Part shown: positions 10,054 to 20,652 of the stretch, in pieces
How positions within the stretch are numbered: the stretch's first letter is position 1
How the letters are laid out: every line of letters starts with the position of its first letter
Origin: a bacterium
GTDB lineage: Bacteria > Zhuqueibacterota > Zhuqueibacteria > Oceanimicrobiales > Oceanimicrobiaceae
Length of the DNA stretch: 24,607 bases
NCBI GenBank assembly: GCA_046758365.1
Contig: JBHIAC010000031.1
Coordinates: forward strand, 1 to 24,607
Direction of reading: 5' to 3'
Translations under genes and position numbers: made by a program
The notes under the pieces: model-generated
What the model was told of the DNA's origin: nothing
The model's database searches: none
What the model saw: the letters and a program-made list of their open reading frames with translations, nothing else

Positions 10054-10608
10054 ATGGCTATTAAAGCCGATAGATGGATAAAAGAAATGGCCTTGAACTA
10101 TGCAATGATTACTCCTTTTGTAGAGAGTCAAGTTCAAGAAAGTGTTATATCCTACGGATTATCATCCTATGGATATGATGTAAGAATTGCCAATGAGTTT
10201 AAGATTTTTACAAATATAAATACTACAATTGTAGATCCAAAGAACTTGGACCCAAAATCTCTAGTCGATTTTAATGGAGAAGTATGCTTAATTCCACCAA
10301 ATTCATTTGCGCTAGGTCGAACAATTGAATATTTCAAAATTCCTAGAAAGATTATGACTATTTGTGTAGGTAAATCTACTTATGCACGTTGTGGAATTAT
10401 CACTAATGTTACTCCTTTAGAACCTGGCTGGGAAGGACATATAACTTTGGAGGTGTCCAATACAACGCCCTTACCGGCAAAAATATATGCTGGAGAAGGC
10501 ATTGCTCAAATTTTGTTTTTTGAAAGCGACGAAGAGTGCATAAGCTCTTACGCAGATAAAAAAGGAAAATATCAAGCACAAAAAGGGATTACTTTACCCA
10601 AAGTTTAA
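10054..10608 (+). CDS. dcd: dCTP deaminase
   Basis: [67 protein letters not shown]. Confidence 0.97.
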   Translation: MAIKADRWIKEMALNYAMITPFVESQVQESVISYGLSSYGYDVRIANEFKIFTNINTTIVDPKNLDPKSLVDFNGEVCLIPPNSFALGRTIEYFKIPRKIMTICVGKSTYARCGIITNVTPLEPGWEGHITLEVSNTTPLPAKIYAGEGIAQILFFESDEECISSYADKKGKYQAQKGITLPKV

Positions 10609-10648
10609 ATTGATATATAATCATTTAATCTTTTAGAAAGATAACAAT

Positions 10649-11482
10649 ATGAAGCTGAAAAGCGGTTACGCCGATCTCCACCTTCACACTAACAGATCGG
10701 ATGGGTATTGTTCACCAAAAGAACTGGTTGATAAAGCTTTGTCACATGGGTTGATAGCAATCGCTATTGTAGATCACGATGAGGTTAGTGCTTTGGATGA
10801 AGCAATCACTTATGGTAAAGATCAGAGCTTGGAAGTTATTCCGGGCGTTGAACTTAGTGTCAGTTATCGTCAACTTGATTTACATATATTAGGGTACTGT
10901 ATTGATTATAATAATGCTAATTTGGTAGAATATCTGAATAGTTTTAAAGAAGAACGGCTTAAACGCGCTGAAAGAATGGTAAATATATTGACGGATATGG
11001 GGATGCCTATATCTTTTGAAGCGGTCTTGAGAAAAGCGGGGTCAGGTTCGGTCGGGCGGCCTCATATAGCCCATGTTTTAGTTGAGGAAGGCTACGTCTA
11101 TTCTTTTCAAGAGGCTTTTGATAAATACATTGGTAATGTAAAACCCGCGTATGTTGAGAAATTCAAATTAGATGTTGACATTGCAATTCGATTGATAAAT
11201 GCTGCTGGAGGAGTGAGTTCAATTGCACATCCTGGCCTAGATCTCAGTGAGGAAGATTTAATTATGCTAATCAAATCTGGCATCAACGGGATTGAGGCAA
11301 TACATCCAAAGCATGATAAAGGGCAAATACACTATTACAGCGAAATTGCAAATAGAAATGGACTTTTAGTAACGGGTGGCTCCGACTACCATGGTGGTAA
11401 AAAAGGGGATGAGATTTTAGGACAGTATAAAGTGTCCTATGAAGTTGTAAAAAAAATGAAGGAGTTATCATCCGCCTTGTAA
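10649..11482 (+). CDS. PHP-domain metallophosphoesterase (YciV/TrpH/RNase AM-like)
   Basis: DLHLHT..SDG, DHD, PGVELS, HILGY, GRPHIA, AHP, GGSDYHG. Confidence 0.9.
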   Translation: MKLKSGYADLHLHTNRSDGYCSPKELVDKALSHGLIAIAIVDHDEVSALDEAITYGKDQSLEVIPGVELSVSYRQLDLHILGYCIDYNNANLVEYLNSFKEERLKRAERMVNILTDMGMPISFEAVLRKAGSGSVGRPHIAHVLVEEGYVYSFQEAFDKYIGNVKPAYVEKFKLDVDIAIRLINAAGGVSSIAHPGLDLSEEDLIMLIKSGINGIEAIHPKHDKGQIHYYSEIANRNGLLVTGGSDYHGGKKGDEILGQYKVSYEVVKKMKELSSAL

Positions 11483-11517
11483 TATTGAACCCGGATTAAA
11501 TCTTAAATTTTCAAATT

Positions 11518-12147
11518 ATGATCATTGAAAAATTAGAAGTTGGTGCATTTGCTGAAAATTGCTACATAGTTGGATGTGAAAATACCCACCAAGGGGTAGT
11601 CATTGATCCTGGGGACGAAATTCATAGAATTCTTAGTAAAATTAATGACATGAAGCTTGATATCAGATACTTTTTACTTACTCATGCTCATTTAGATCAT
11701 GTGAAAGAGTTAAAAGCACTAAAAGATGAAATAAAAGTCCCTATATTAATGCATTCTGCTGATGGCTTTTTACTGGAAAGCCTCCCGACGCAGGCAGCGG
11801 CATTTGGTTTGTCCTTCTCTGGAATTCCTAAAGTGGATAAATATGTTACAGAAGGCGATTCTATTGAATTTGGACAACTGCAATTTGATGTACTTCATAC
11901 ACCTGGTCATTCGCCTGGTAGTGTTACTTATGCTTCTACTGGGGTTGCCTTTGTTGGCGATGTTCTTTTTATGGGATCCATAGGTCGAACTGATTTACCA
12001 GGTGGTGATTATGATACGTTATTAAATTCAATTAAGACAAAGCTTTTCCCATTGGGAGACGACATCATCATTTATCCAGGCCATGGACCTCAAACAAACA
12101 TAGGCCAAGAAAAACTTTCAAATCCTTTTCTTGTTGAAAATTATTAA
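11518..12147 (+). CDS. MBL-fold metallo-hydrolase (glyoxalase II / YcbL-like)
   Basis: ENCYIV, IDPG, THAHLDHV, HTPGHSPG, GDVLF.GSIGRTDLPGG, PGHGP, NPF. Confidence 0.92.
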   Translation: MIIEKLEVGAFAENCYIVGCENTHQGVVIDPGDEIHRILSKINDMKLDIRYFLLTHAHLDHVKELKALKDEIKVPILMHSADGFLLESLPTQAAAFGLSFSGIPKVDKYVTEGDSIEFGQLQFDVLHTPGHSPGSVTYASTGVAFVGDVLFMGSIGRTDLPGGDYDTLLNSIKTKLFPLGDDIIIYPGHGPQTNIGQEKLSNPFLVENY

Positions 12148-12260
12148 ACTAAATTTGATCAATTGATTTAACTTTTATATTAAATTGAACCGAGCCTAGC
12201 CAAATTTTTATAATTATTATATGATCCTTATTGAGTATGAATAACAACATGGAGTTAGAA

Positions 12261-12929
12261 ATGACCAATAGAGTTACATTAGACCAGGTTAAAAATGATC
12301 TTCAAGTGCAATCATATATTGAACGCGCAGATGAGTATTTGGCAGTGATTGGGTATACGGAACATGGTAAACGACACTGCAGTTTGGTGGCAAAAGTCGC
12401 CTTAAATACTTTATTACAATTAGAGGTCTCAGAGCGTGAAGCGGAACTTTCGGCAATCGCAGGATATTTACATGACATCGGCAATGTATTTAGCCGTATC
12501 AACCATGCTTATACCGGAGCCGTTTTAGCTCACATCCTTCTTAAAGAATTAAGAATGGAAATCCAAGAAATTACAGCCATCGTTGCTGCTATCGGTAGTC
12601 ATGATGAAAATGACTGTGAACCTATTAGTCGGATTGGTGCGGGTTTGATTCTGGCAGATAAATCTGATGTTCATCGCTCACGTGTGAGGAATCCAGATAT
12701 GATTAAATTCGATATTCACGACCGAGTTAATTACGCTGTTGAAAGGTCTATTCTCAAAGTGGATAATGAAAATAAAATCATAACACTTGAACTCACAGTC
12801 GATTTGAAAATTTCTTCGGTCATGGAATATTTTGAGATTTTCCTGAACAGAATGCTTTATTGCAAACGAGCAGCGAATTTTCTGGGTTGCAAATTTAGTT
12901 TAGTTGTAAATGAGAACAGTTTACTTTAA
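12261..12929 (+). CDS. HD-superfamily phosphohydrolase
   Basis: GYTEHG.RH, GYLHDIGN, SHDE, LADKSDVHRSRVR, DIHDRVNYAV. ATG 12261 follows GGAG; upstream alternative starts exist. Confidence 0.88.
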   Translation: MTNRVTLDQVKNDLQVQSYIERADEYLAVIGYTEHGKRHCSLVAKVALNTLLQLEVSEREAELSAIAGYLHDIGNVFSRINHAYTGAVLAHILLKELRMEIQEITAIVAAIGSHDENDCEPISRIGAGLILADKSDVHRSRVRNPDMIKFDIHDRVNYAVERSILKVDNENKIITLELTVDLKISSVMEYFEIFLNRMLYCKRAANFLGCKFSLVVNENSLL

Positions 12930-12970
12930 ACTTTATGAAATATACATACAATGTAGAGAATAAAAATTCC

Positions 12971-12999
12971 TTGCAAATTATTTAAAAATTTATTATACT
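12971..12999 (+). promoter_or_regulatory. sigma70-type promoter
   Basis: TTGCAA (12971-12976)-N17-TATACT (12994-12999). Confidence 0.5.
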
Positions 13000-13031
13000 T
13001 TAAATGTTATTTAATCAAATCTGAAATCTTG

Positions 13032-13066
13032 AAGGGATAGCGATATCCCTTTTTATTTGTTTTTTT
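13032..13066 (+). terminator. Rho-independent terminator
   Basis: AAGGGATA-GCGA-TATCCCTT, an 8-bp stem with a GNRA loop, followed by TTTATTTGTTTTTT. Confidence 0.75.
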
Positions 13067-13177
13067 GTTCTTTGACATTTTCGTCACAGTTTCTACCTTT
13101 TTATCCTTCGCAAATTTTGATTTTTAAGTGCTATACTTTTAGCGAAATTTGTGGATAGGAGTGTGAGTAATATTATA

Positions 13178-14698
13178 ATGAAAAAAGAAATAATGATTAA
13201 TTCAACCGTGGGAGAGACAAGAATTGCTATCTTAGAAAATAGCAGACTAGTAGAGCTTTTTGTAGAACAACCCGAGAATGAAAGGATGGTGGGTGACATC
13301 TATTTGGGTAAAGTCGTCAATGTTGTTCAAGGAATACACGCTGCTTTTGTGAACATAGGTCAGAAACAAGATGCTTTTCTACATTTTTCAGACATCGGGG
13401 CCATATTGGCGGATTATAAAGAGTTCGTCGATTTGGAAAATTCACGAAATGGTACGACAAGTAAAAGCCATAGACTCATCCCTAAACAGGGTCAAGAAAT
13501 TTTGGTTCAAATTATTAAAGAACCAATGAGTAACAAGGGGGCAAGAATTTCAACAGAAATATCCATACCGGGGAGATTTTTAGTCCTCGTACCCAACTCA
13601 GATGTGGTTGGGGTTTCTAAAAAAATTTATAGTATCAAAGAGAAAAGAAGACTTAAAAAAATCACGCGAGCAATCAAACCCGAAGGATTCGGGGTAATTG
13701 TCAGAACTGTGGCGGAAAATAAAGATGAGCATACTTTAAAAGCTGATTTGGAGAATTTGCTTAAACAGTGGAAAAAACTAGAGAAAATCCTTAAAAGAGC
13801 TTCTCCACCAGCATTAATTTACAAAGATGTAGCAATGGCATCTAGTGTAATCCGAGATTTATTTACCAGTGATGTCGGCCGAGTATTAATTGATTCTAAA
13901 AAGCTTTATAAAGAAATTATAGCCTATTTAAAAGATGTAGCACCATCACTTTCTACTCGGGTTGAATATTATGGAAACAAAAAGCCTATTTTCGATACCT
14001 TCGGAATTGAAGGTGAGATAGAAAAAAGTCTCTCCCGAAAAGTTTGGACTCCAAGTGGTGGTTACATTATATTCGACCATACCGAAGCCTTAGTGGCAAT
14101 TGATGTGAATAGCGGTAAATTTGTTGGGCGAAAGGAACCCGAGGAAAACACATTAAAGATTAACCTTGAATCAGCAAGAGAAATAGCTCGCCAACTTCGA
14201 CTGCGTGATATCGGTGGAATTATTATCATTGATTTCATTGATATGTTGGACCCCAAGAATAAGAAACGACTGTATGATGAATTCTGCCGTGAATTACGCA
14301 AAGATCGGGCTCAATCCAATATTAGCCCTATAAGTGATTTTGGCTTGATTGAAATGACTCGGGAACGCATCCGACCGAGTTTGCTTTTCACTTTTAGTGA
14401 GGCGTGCCCTACCTGTGATGGCACGGGTCGAGTGACTTTAAAAAGTACCGTTCTTTCCAAAATCGATCGATGGTTAAAACGATTTAAAGCAGAACGAAGC
14501 GAGTGGTCGATACAGCTTTTTGTACATTCTTCAATTGCCAATTACTTAACTTCGGGTTTAATTAGTAGAATGAGAAGACTTATGTGGAAATATCGTTTAA
14601 AAATTGAATTGATTCGTGACGATTCTTTGAGAACAGACCACTTTAAAGTGATTTTGAAAAAAAATAATATAGATATAACTGAGCAATTTTTAAATTGA
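13178..14698 (+). CDS. rng: Ribonuclease E/G family (RNase G-sized, no long C-terminal scaffold)
   Basis: S1 domain GDIYLGKV..V..GIHAAFVNIG..DAFLH, VQIIKEP..KGARIS, IDVNSG, RQLRLRDIGGIIIIDFIDM, Zn-link CPTCDGTG. Most likely start is ATG 13178 (MKKEIMIN). Confidence 0.93.
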   Translation: MKKEIMINSTVGETRIAILENSRLVELFVEQPENERMVGDIYLGKVVNVVQGIHAAFVNIGQKQDAFLHFSDIGAILADYKEFVDLENSRNGTTSKSHRLIPKQGQEILVQIIKEPMSNKGARISTEISIPGRFLVLVPNSDVVGVSKKIYSIKEKRRLKKITRAIKPEGFGVIVRTVAENKDEHTLKADLENLLKQWKKLEKILKRASPPALIYKDVAMASSVIRDLFTSDVGRVLIDSKKLYKEIIAYLKDVAPSLSTRVEYYGNKKPIFDTFGIEGEIEKSLSRKVWTPSGGYIIFDHTEALVAIDVNSGKFVGRKEPEENTLKINLESAREIARQLRLRDIGGIIIIDFIDMLDPKNKKRLYDEFCRELRKDRAQSNISPISDFGLIEMTRERIRPSLLFTFSEACPTCDGTGRVTLKSTVLSKIDRWLKRFKAERSEWSIQLFVHSSIANYLTSGLISRMRRLMWKYRLKIELIRDDSLRTDHFKVILKKNNIDITEQFLN

Positions 14699-14764
14699 AA
14701 ATATTTCTTATAATTTGTAGATTTAAGCTAACAATTATACGATCTGATCGGGAGGGTTAATTTA

Positions 14765-15079
14765 ATGTATGCGATAGTTGATGTAGAAGGCGAGCAATTT
14801 AAAGTAAGTAAGAATGATAAAATTCTGGCTCCTAAAATCCAAGGCGAAGTTGGAAAGAATGTTGAATTTAATAGAGTTTTGCTGCTTTCCGATAAGGGAA
14901 AAATTACTGTTGGACAACCCATTATAGAAGGGGCAAGAGTCAAAGCAAAAATCATGGGTTTTGGTAGAAGTAAAAAGGTGATTGTTTTCAAAAAAAAACG
15001 ACGGAAAGGATACAAAGTTAAAAAAGGGCATCGTCAGGACTACACAGAATTAATGATTAAAAGTATAAGCAGTAAGTAA
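14765..15079 (+). CDS. rplU: 50S ribosomal protein L21
   Basis: MYAIVDVEGEQFKV...FKKKRRKGYKVKKGHRQDYT. RBS GGAGG. Confidence 0.98.
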   Translation: MYAIVDVEGEQFKVSKNDKILAPKIQGEVGKNVEFNRVLLLSDKGKITVGQPIIEGARVKAKIMGFGRSKKVIVFKKKRRKGYKVKKGHRQDYTELMIKSISSK

Positions 15080-15103
15080 GAAGTAAAGGAGGATAATTTA
15101 GAT

Positions 15104-15361
15104 ATGGCACATAAAAAAGGTGTGGGCAGCTCCAAAAATGGTCGGGATAGTAATCCTCAATTTCTTGGGGTAAAAAGATATGATGGGCAGTTAGTTTCAG
15201 CGGGGAGCATTTTAGTTCGTCAAAGAGGTACCCGAATCCATCCAGGAGCCAATGTAGGTCTCGGAAGAGACGATACTTTGTATGCAAAGATTGATGGTGT
15301 TGTAAAATTTCAACGGCGAGGACGTTTCAAGAAAGTCGTCAATGTCTTAACCAAAGGATAA
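15104..15361 (+). CDS. rpmA: 50S ribosomal protein L27
   Basis: [16 protein letters not shown]...[10 protein letters not shown]...[17 protein letters not shown]. Confidence 0.98.
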   Translation: MAHKKGVGSSKNGRDSNPQFLGVKRYDGQLVSAGSILVRQRGTRIHPGANVGLGRDDTLYAKIDGVVKFQRRGRFKKVVNVLTKG

Positions 15362-15363
15362 AA

Positions 15364-15402
15364 TTAAAAAGGCCAAAAGAAATTTTCTCTTGGCCTTTTT
15401 AA
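15364..15402. terminator. Bidirectional Rho-independent terminator after rpmA
   Basis: TTAAAAAGGCCAA ... TTGGCCTTTTTAA is a perfect 13-bp inverted repeat with A and T tails. Confidence 0.8.
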
Positions 15403-15405
15403 TAA

Positions 15406-15689
<284 letters not shown>

Positions 15690-15719
15690 ATTAGTGTATT
15701 TTAAGTATTTTAATTTTTT

Positions 15720-15744
15720 AAAAGCGGCATCCGCCGCTTTTTTT
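15720..15744 (+). terminator. Rho-independent terminator after the mdh remnant
   Basis: AAAAGCGGC-ATCC-GCCGCTTTTTTT. Confidence 0.85.
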
Positions 15745-15774
15745 GTATTCAATATCCGCATTTGAAGAAAAAAA

Positions 15775-15866
15775 TAACCTTCTCATAATTATAGATTTAG
15801 TTTACATTTAATTAAAGAGTGTCATTCAGTAAAAATCAAATCATTTTGCATTTTGTAAGAAGGTTA
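15775..15866. mobile_element. Degenerate MITE-like element (92 bp)
   Basis: TAACCTTCTCATAA (15775-15788) / TTGTAAGAAGGTTA (15853-15866), 12/14 inverted-identical, with a non-coding interior. Confidence 0.35.
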
Positions 15867-15948
15867 GCTTTTGAATTCTTCCGCTTTTTATAGTTTACTT
15901 ATACAATAAATAATATCACAAATATTATGCCACTCATTTAAATTAACC

Positions 15949-15977
15949 TTGACAATCATAATGATTTATTTTATATT
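15949..15977 (+). promoter_or_regulatory. sigma70 promoter of the gatC-pyrG-lpt-rpoN unit
   Basis: Consensus TTGACA (15949-15954)-N17-TATATT (15972-15977). Confidence 0.7.
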
Positions 15978-16025
15978 AGGCATATTGTCAAATCGTTTAT
16001 GGAGGTCTATTGTGTAGGAGTGGCT

Positions 16026-16313
16026 ATGCCAATAACTATCCAAGAGGTTGATAAGATTGCAGCGTTGGCAAAATTAGAATTCTCATCAGAAGAAAAACAA
16101 AAATTAACTAAACAGCTTGACCAAATTGTCGTTTATGTTGAAAAACTTAATCAATTAGATACTGAAGATGTTAAACCAACATCTCATGTCATTGATTTAA
16201 AAAATGTTCTTAGAGAAGATAAAGTAGAGGAATGGCTGACACAAGAAGAAGCTCTCAAAAATGCTCCAGCCAAAAAGAACGGTTATTTTAGTGTACCCAA
16301 AGTGATTGGATAG
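16026..16313 (+). CDS. gatC: Asp/Glu-tRNA amidotransferase subunit C
   Basis: ITIQEVDKIAALAKL...IVVYVEKLNQLDT..V.PTSH...LRED...NAP....YFSVPKVI. ATG 16026 follows AGGAG. Confidence 0.95.
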   Translation: MPITIQEVDKIAALAKLEFSSEEKQKLTKQLDQIVVYVEKLNQLDTEDVKPTSHVIDLKNVLREDKVEEWLTQEEALKNAPAKKNGYFSVPKVIG

Positions 16314-18008
<1,695 letters not shown>

Positions 18009-18052
18009 CTTTTCGCAATGCAGATTGATATGAATTAGTCGATATAAAATAT

Positions 18053-18649
18053 ATGCAAGCTTTATCTTTAAAAATTAAAAATTGTACTTTATTATTGCTT
18101 TTAGTGATAGCCTGTCATTCTCAGGAAGAGGTGACGTCAAATACCACAGATTTAACTGAATTACCAGATCAAGAAGGATGGCAATCAACATTAACCTCAA
18201 CCAGTAAAGGTAATATCACGGCAATTATTAAATATGAACACATGGAAAAATATACACGGAAAAAAGTTGTTAAATTTGATCAAGGGGTTGAGATTGATTT
18301 CTTCGATTCTAAAGGTTCTCACACTTCAATCGTACATTCTGAAAAGGCTGTGTTGTATGAAAACAACAACAATGTTGATTTAATGGGAAATGTAGTTGTG
18401 CTGTCAGATAGTGGTTTATCTTTGCGTACTGAAAAACTTCTTTGGGATGAGAACACTGGCAAAATTTTATCTGAAGAATTTGTTACGGTGACTACTGCAG
18501 AAAATGATACCATATATGGTACTGGGTTCGAATCGGACCAAGCTTTAAATAATTGGATTATCAAAACCCCATGGGGGGTTACTCAAAAAAAATTGAACAT
18601 CCAGATCCTTGATAATCCATCTAAAGTTAAATCAAATGCGAATAATTAG
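18053..18649 (+). CDS. lptC: LPS export periplasmic protein LptC (lipoprotein type)
   Basis: Lipobox VIA-C, jellyroll motifs GNVVVLS...LRTEKLLWD...IYGTGFESD, position before lptA-lptB. Confidence 0.85.
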   Translation: MQALSLKIKNCTLLLLLVIACHSQEEVTSNTTDLTELPDQEGWQSTLTSTSKGNITAIIKYEHMEKYTRKKVVKFDQGVEIDFFDSKGSHTSIVHSEKAVLYENNNNVDLMGNVVVLSDSGLSLRTEKLLWDENTGKILSEEFVTVTTAENDTIYGTGFESDQALNNWIIKTPWGVTQKKLNIQILDNPSKVKSNANN

Positions 18650-19724
18650 TTTTACATTATTTACATCTGTTTTAATAGCAGGTTTTACTTTTCTATTCAG
18701 TCAAGACAAAGTAGAACCCCTTCGATTAATTCATGCAGACCTATTAAAAAGAGAAATCGTCGGGCACCAAATTGTACAAAAGTTGGAAGGGAATGTAAAG
18801 TTTCAGCAAGGTAGCACCACAATGAAATGTGACCTCGCCACCCAATTCTTAGGTCGTAGTGAGGCTGCCATGATTGGAAATGTACAAATATTTGATGAGA
18901 GTAAATCACTATATGCGGATACCGTAAATTTTTATCAAAAAGAGCGAATACAAATTGCGGTTGGAAAAGTAAAAAGCATCACGGATTCAGACACTACCAC
19001 AGCTGACCGCATGATCTATTATGAAGAACACAACAAAATTGTTTCCCAAGGTAACGTTCGAATAATAAGTCCAAAAGAGAGAAGGATTCTGACTGGGGGT
19101 TACGCAGAATATCAAAGGTCAGAGGAGTACGGGAAAATTTTTCAAAATCCAGTATTAATGCAGTTTGATAGCTTAGGCACTGAAATCATGAGAATTATTG
19201 CTGATACGATTGAGATTTACGATGGCGGTGAGCGGACTTTTATGATCGGTAATGTACAAATTATTAAACCAGGCATCAAAGCAAAGTGCGGTAAAGCAGA
19301 ATATATTGATCCTGCTGAAAAAATTATCTTAAATGAAAATCCCCAAGTTTGGCGATCAAATCAGCAAATATCAGGAGATACGTTGTTGTTGTTTTTAAAA
19401 GATTCTAAATTGATTCGTGCACAGGTTATTGGAAAGGCCTTAGCAATTTCAGATGCTGATACTCTGAATAGGGGACGCTGGGTAAATAAATTGACAGGTC
19501 AAACTATGGATTTTAGCTTTAATAATCAAAAACTTGAAAAAGTAATTGTTGAAAATCAAGCGACAAGTATGTATCATATAATCGAAGATGGTCAGTATAA
19601 AGGCTCCAATGAGGTGTCCGGAGATAAGATTATGTTATTTTTTTCTCAAGGTGAAGTGACTCGAGTGTTGGTTAATAGCGAGCCGGAGGTATCTTCGGGC
19701 ATATATTTGCCACCGCACTTTTAG
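18636..19724 (+). CDS. OstA/LptA-like protein with multiple beta-jellyroll repeats
   Basis: Signal peptide from ATG 18636 (MRIISF...), repeated GNV(K/Q/R)(F/I) units with ADT/GDT/GDK motifs, located between lptC and lptB. Confidence 0.8.
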   Translation: MRIISFTLFTSVLIAGFTFLFSQDKVEPLRLIHADLLKREIVGHQIVQKLEGNVKFQQGSTTMKCDLATQFLGRSEAAMIGNVQIFDESKSLYADTVNFYQKERIQIAVGKVKSITDSDTTTADRMIYYEEHNKIVSQGNVRIISPKERRILTGGYAEYQRSEEYGKIFQNPVLMQFDSLGTEIMRIIADTIEIYDGGERTFMIGNVQIIKPGIKAKCGKAEYIDPAEKIILNENPQVWRSNQQISGDTLLLFLKDSKLIRAQVIGKALAISDADTLNRGRWVNKLTGQTMDFSFNNQKLEKVIVENQATSMYHIIEDGQYKGSNEVSGDKIMLFFSQGEVTRVLVNSEPEVSSGIYLPPHF

Positions 19725-19738
19725 GAAACGCCTTTTAG

Positions 19739-19775
19739 AAAGACGCAAACCTTTTGATAAAAGCTCAGCGTCTTT
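19739..19775 (+). other. Intergenic stem-loop between lptA-like and lptB
   Basis: AAAGACGC-AAAC-CTTTT-GAT-AAAAG-CTCA-GCGTCTTT: 8-bp and 5-bp stems separated by a 4x4 internal loop. Confidence 0.5.
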
Positions 19776-19889
19776 GGTTGCTTATAAAAAATAATAAACT
19801 CAGCCGTTTAATGAATGTGTAACAATAGCGGCAAGAATGAGACATTAGCGACATTTCTCTATTGAAATACAGATTTAGATTTAGGTTTT

Positions 19890-20618
19890 ATGCTAAGCGC
19901 AGAAGAGCTTGTTAAAATTTACCGAAAACGAAAAGTAGTTAATGGGGTTAGTATTAATGTTAAACAGGGCGAAATTGTTGGTCTGCTTGGACCAAATGGC
20001 GCAGGCAAAACAACTACATTTTACATGATTACAGGAGTAATTAGACCTGATAGTGGAAGGATCTTTTTAGACAATGAAGATATTACTAAATTGCCAATGT
20101 ATAAAAGAGCAAGGATGGGAATTGGCTATCTATCTCAAGAACCATCTATTTTTCGTAGGTTAACTGTTGAACAAAATATCATGGCTATTCTCGAAACGCT
20201 ACCCATTTCAAAGCAGGAACGGAAATCACGTTTGGATTCTCTTTTAGCAGAATTAAACGTGTCCCCTTTAGCAAAAAGTAAGGCTTATACACTTTCTGGC
20301 GGCGAACGACGTCGAGTTGAGATTACTCGCGCTTTAGTAACCAATCCTAAATTTATTTTGCTTGATGAGCCCTTTACTGGCGTAGATCCTATTGCTGTTG
20401 AAGAAATTCAAAACATAGTTCAAAACTTAAAAAATAAGGGAATTGGTATTTTAATTACGGACCATAATGTCCAAGAAACGCTTTCTATTACAGACCGAGC
20501 TTATCTATTGTATGATGGTATTGTTTTAAAGTCAGGAACTGCTCAATATTTAGCTACTGATCCTGCTACTATAAAACTATATTTAGGTGAAAAATTTAAA
20601 CTTAGGAATGGTATTTAA
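19890..20618 (+). CDS. lptB: LPS export ABC transporter ATP-binding protein
   Basis: [70 protein letters not shown]. Confidence 0.97.
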   Translation: MLSAEELVKIYRKRKVVNGVSINVKQGEIVGLLGPNGAGKTTTFYMITGVIRPDSGRIFLDNEDITKLPMYKRARMGIGYLSQEPSIFRRLTVEQNIMAILETLPISKQERKSRLDSLLAELNVSPLAKSKAYTLSGGERRRVEITRALVTNPKFILLDEPFTGVDPIAVEEIQNIVQNLKNKGIGILITDHNVQETLSITDRAYLLYDGIVLKSGTAQYLATDPATIKLYLGEKFKLRNGI

Positions 20619-20652
20619 ATAGACTTAACCTCCTTAAAGAAGAAAGTATATT

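Noticed and set aside
10027..12190. ATTGAAC recurring upstream of dcd (10027), the MBL gene (11484) and the HD gene (12184)
   Set aside because: It is a 7-mer in AT-rich DNA at inconsistent distances from the starts, so it is plausibly chance.
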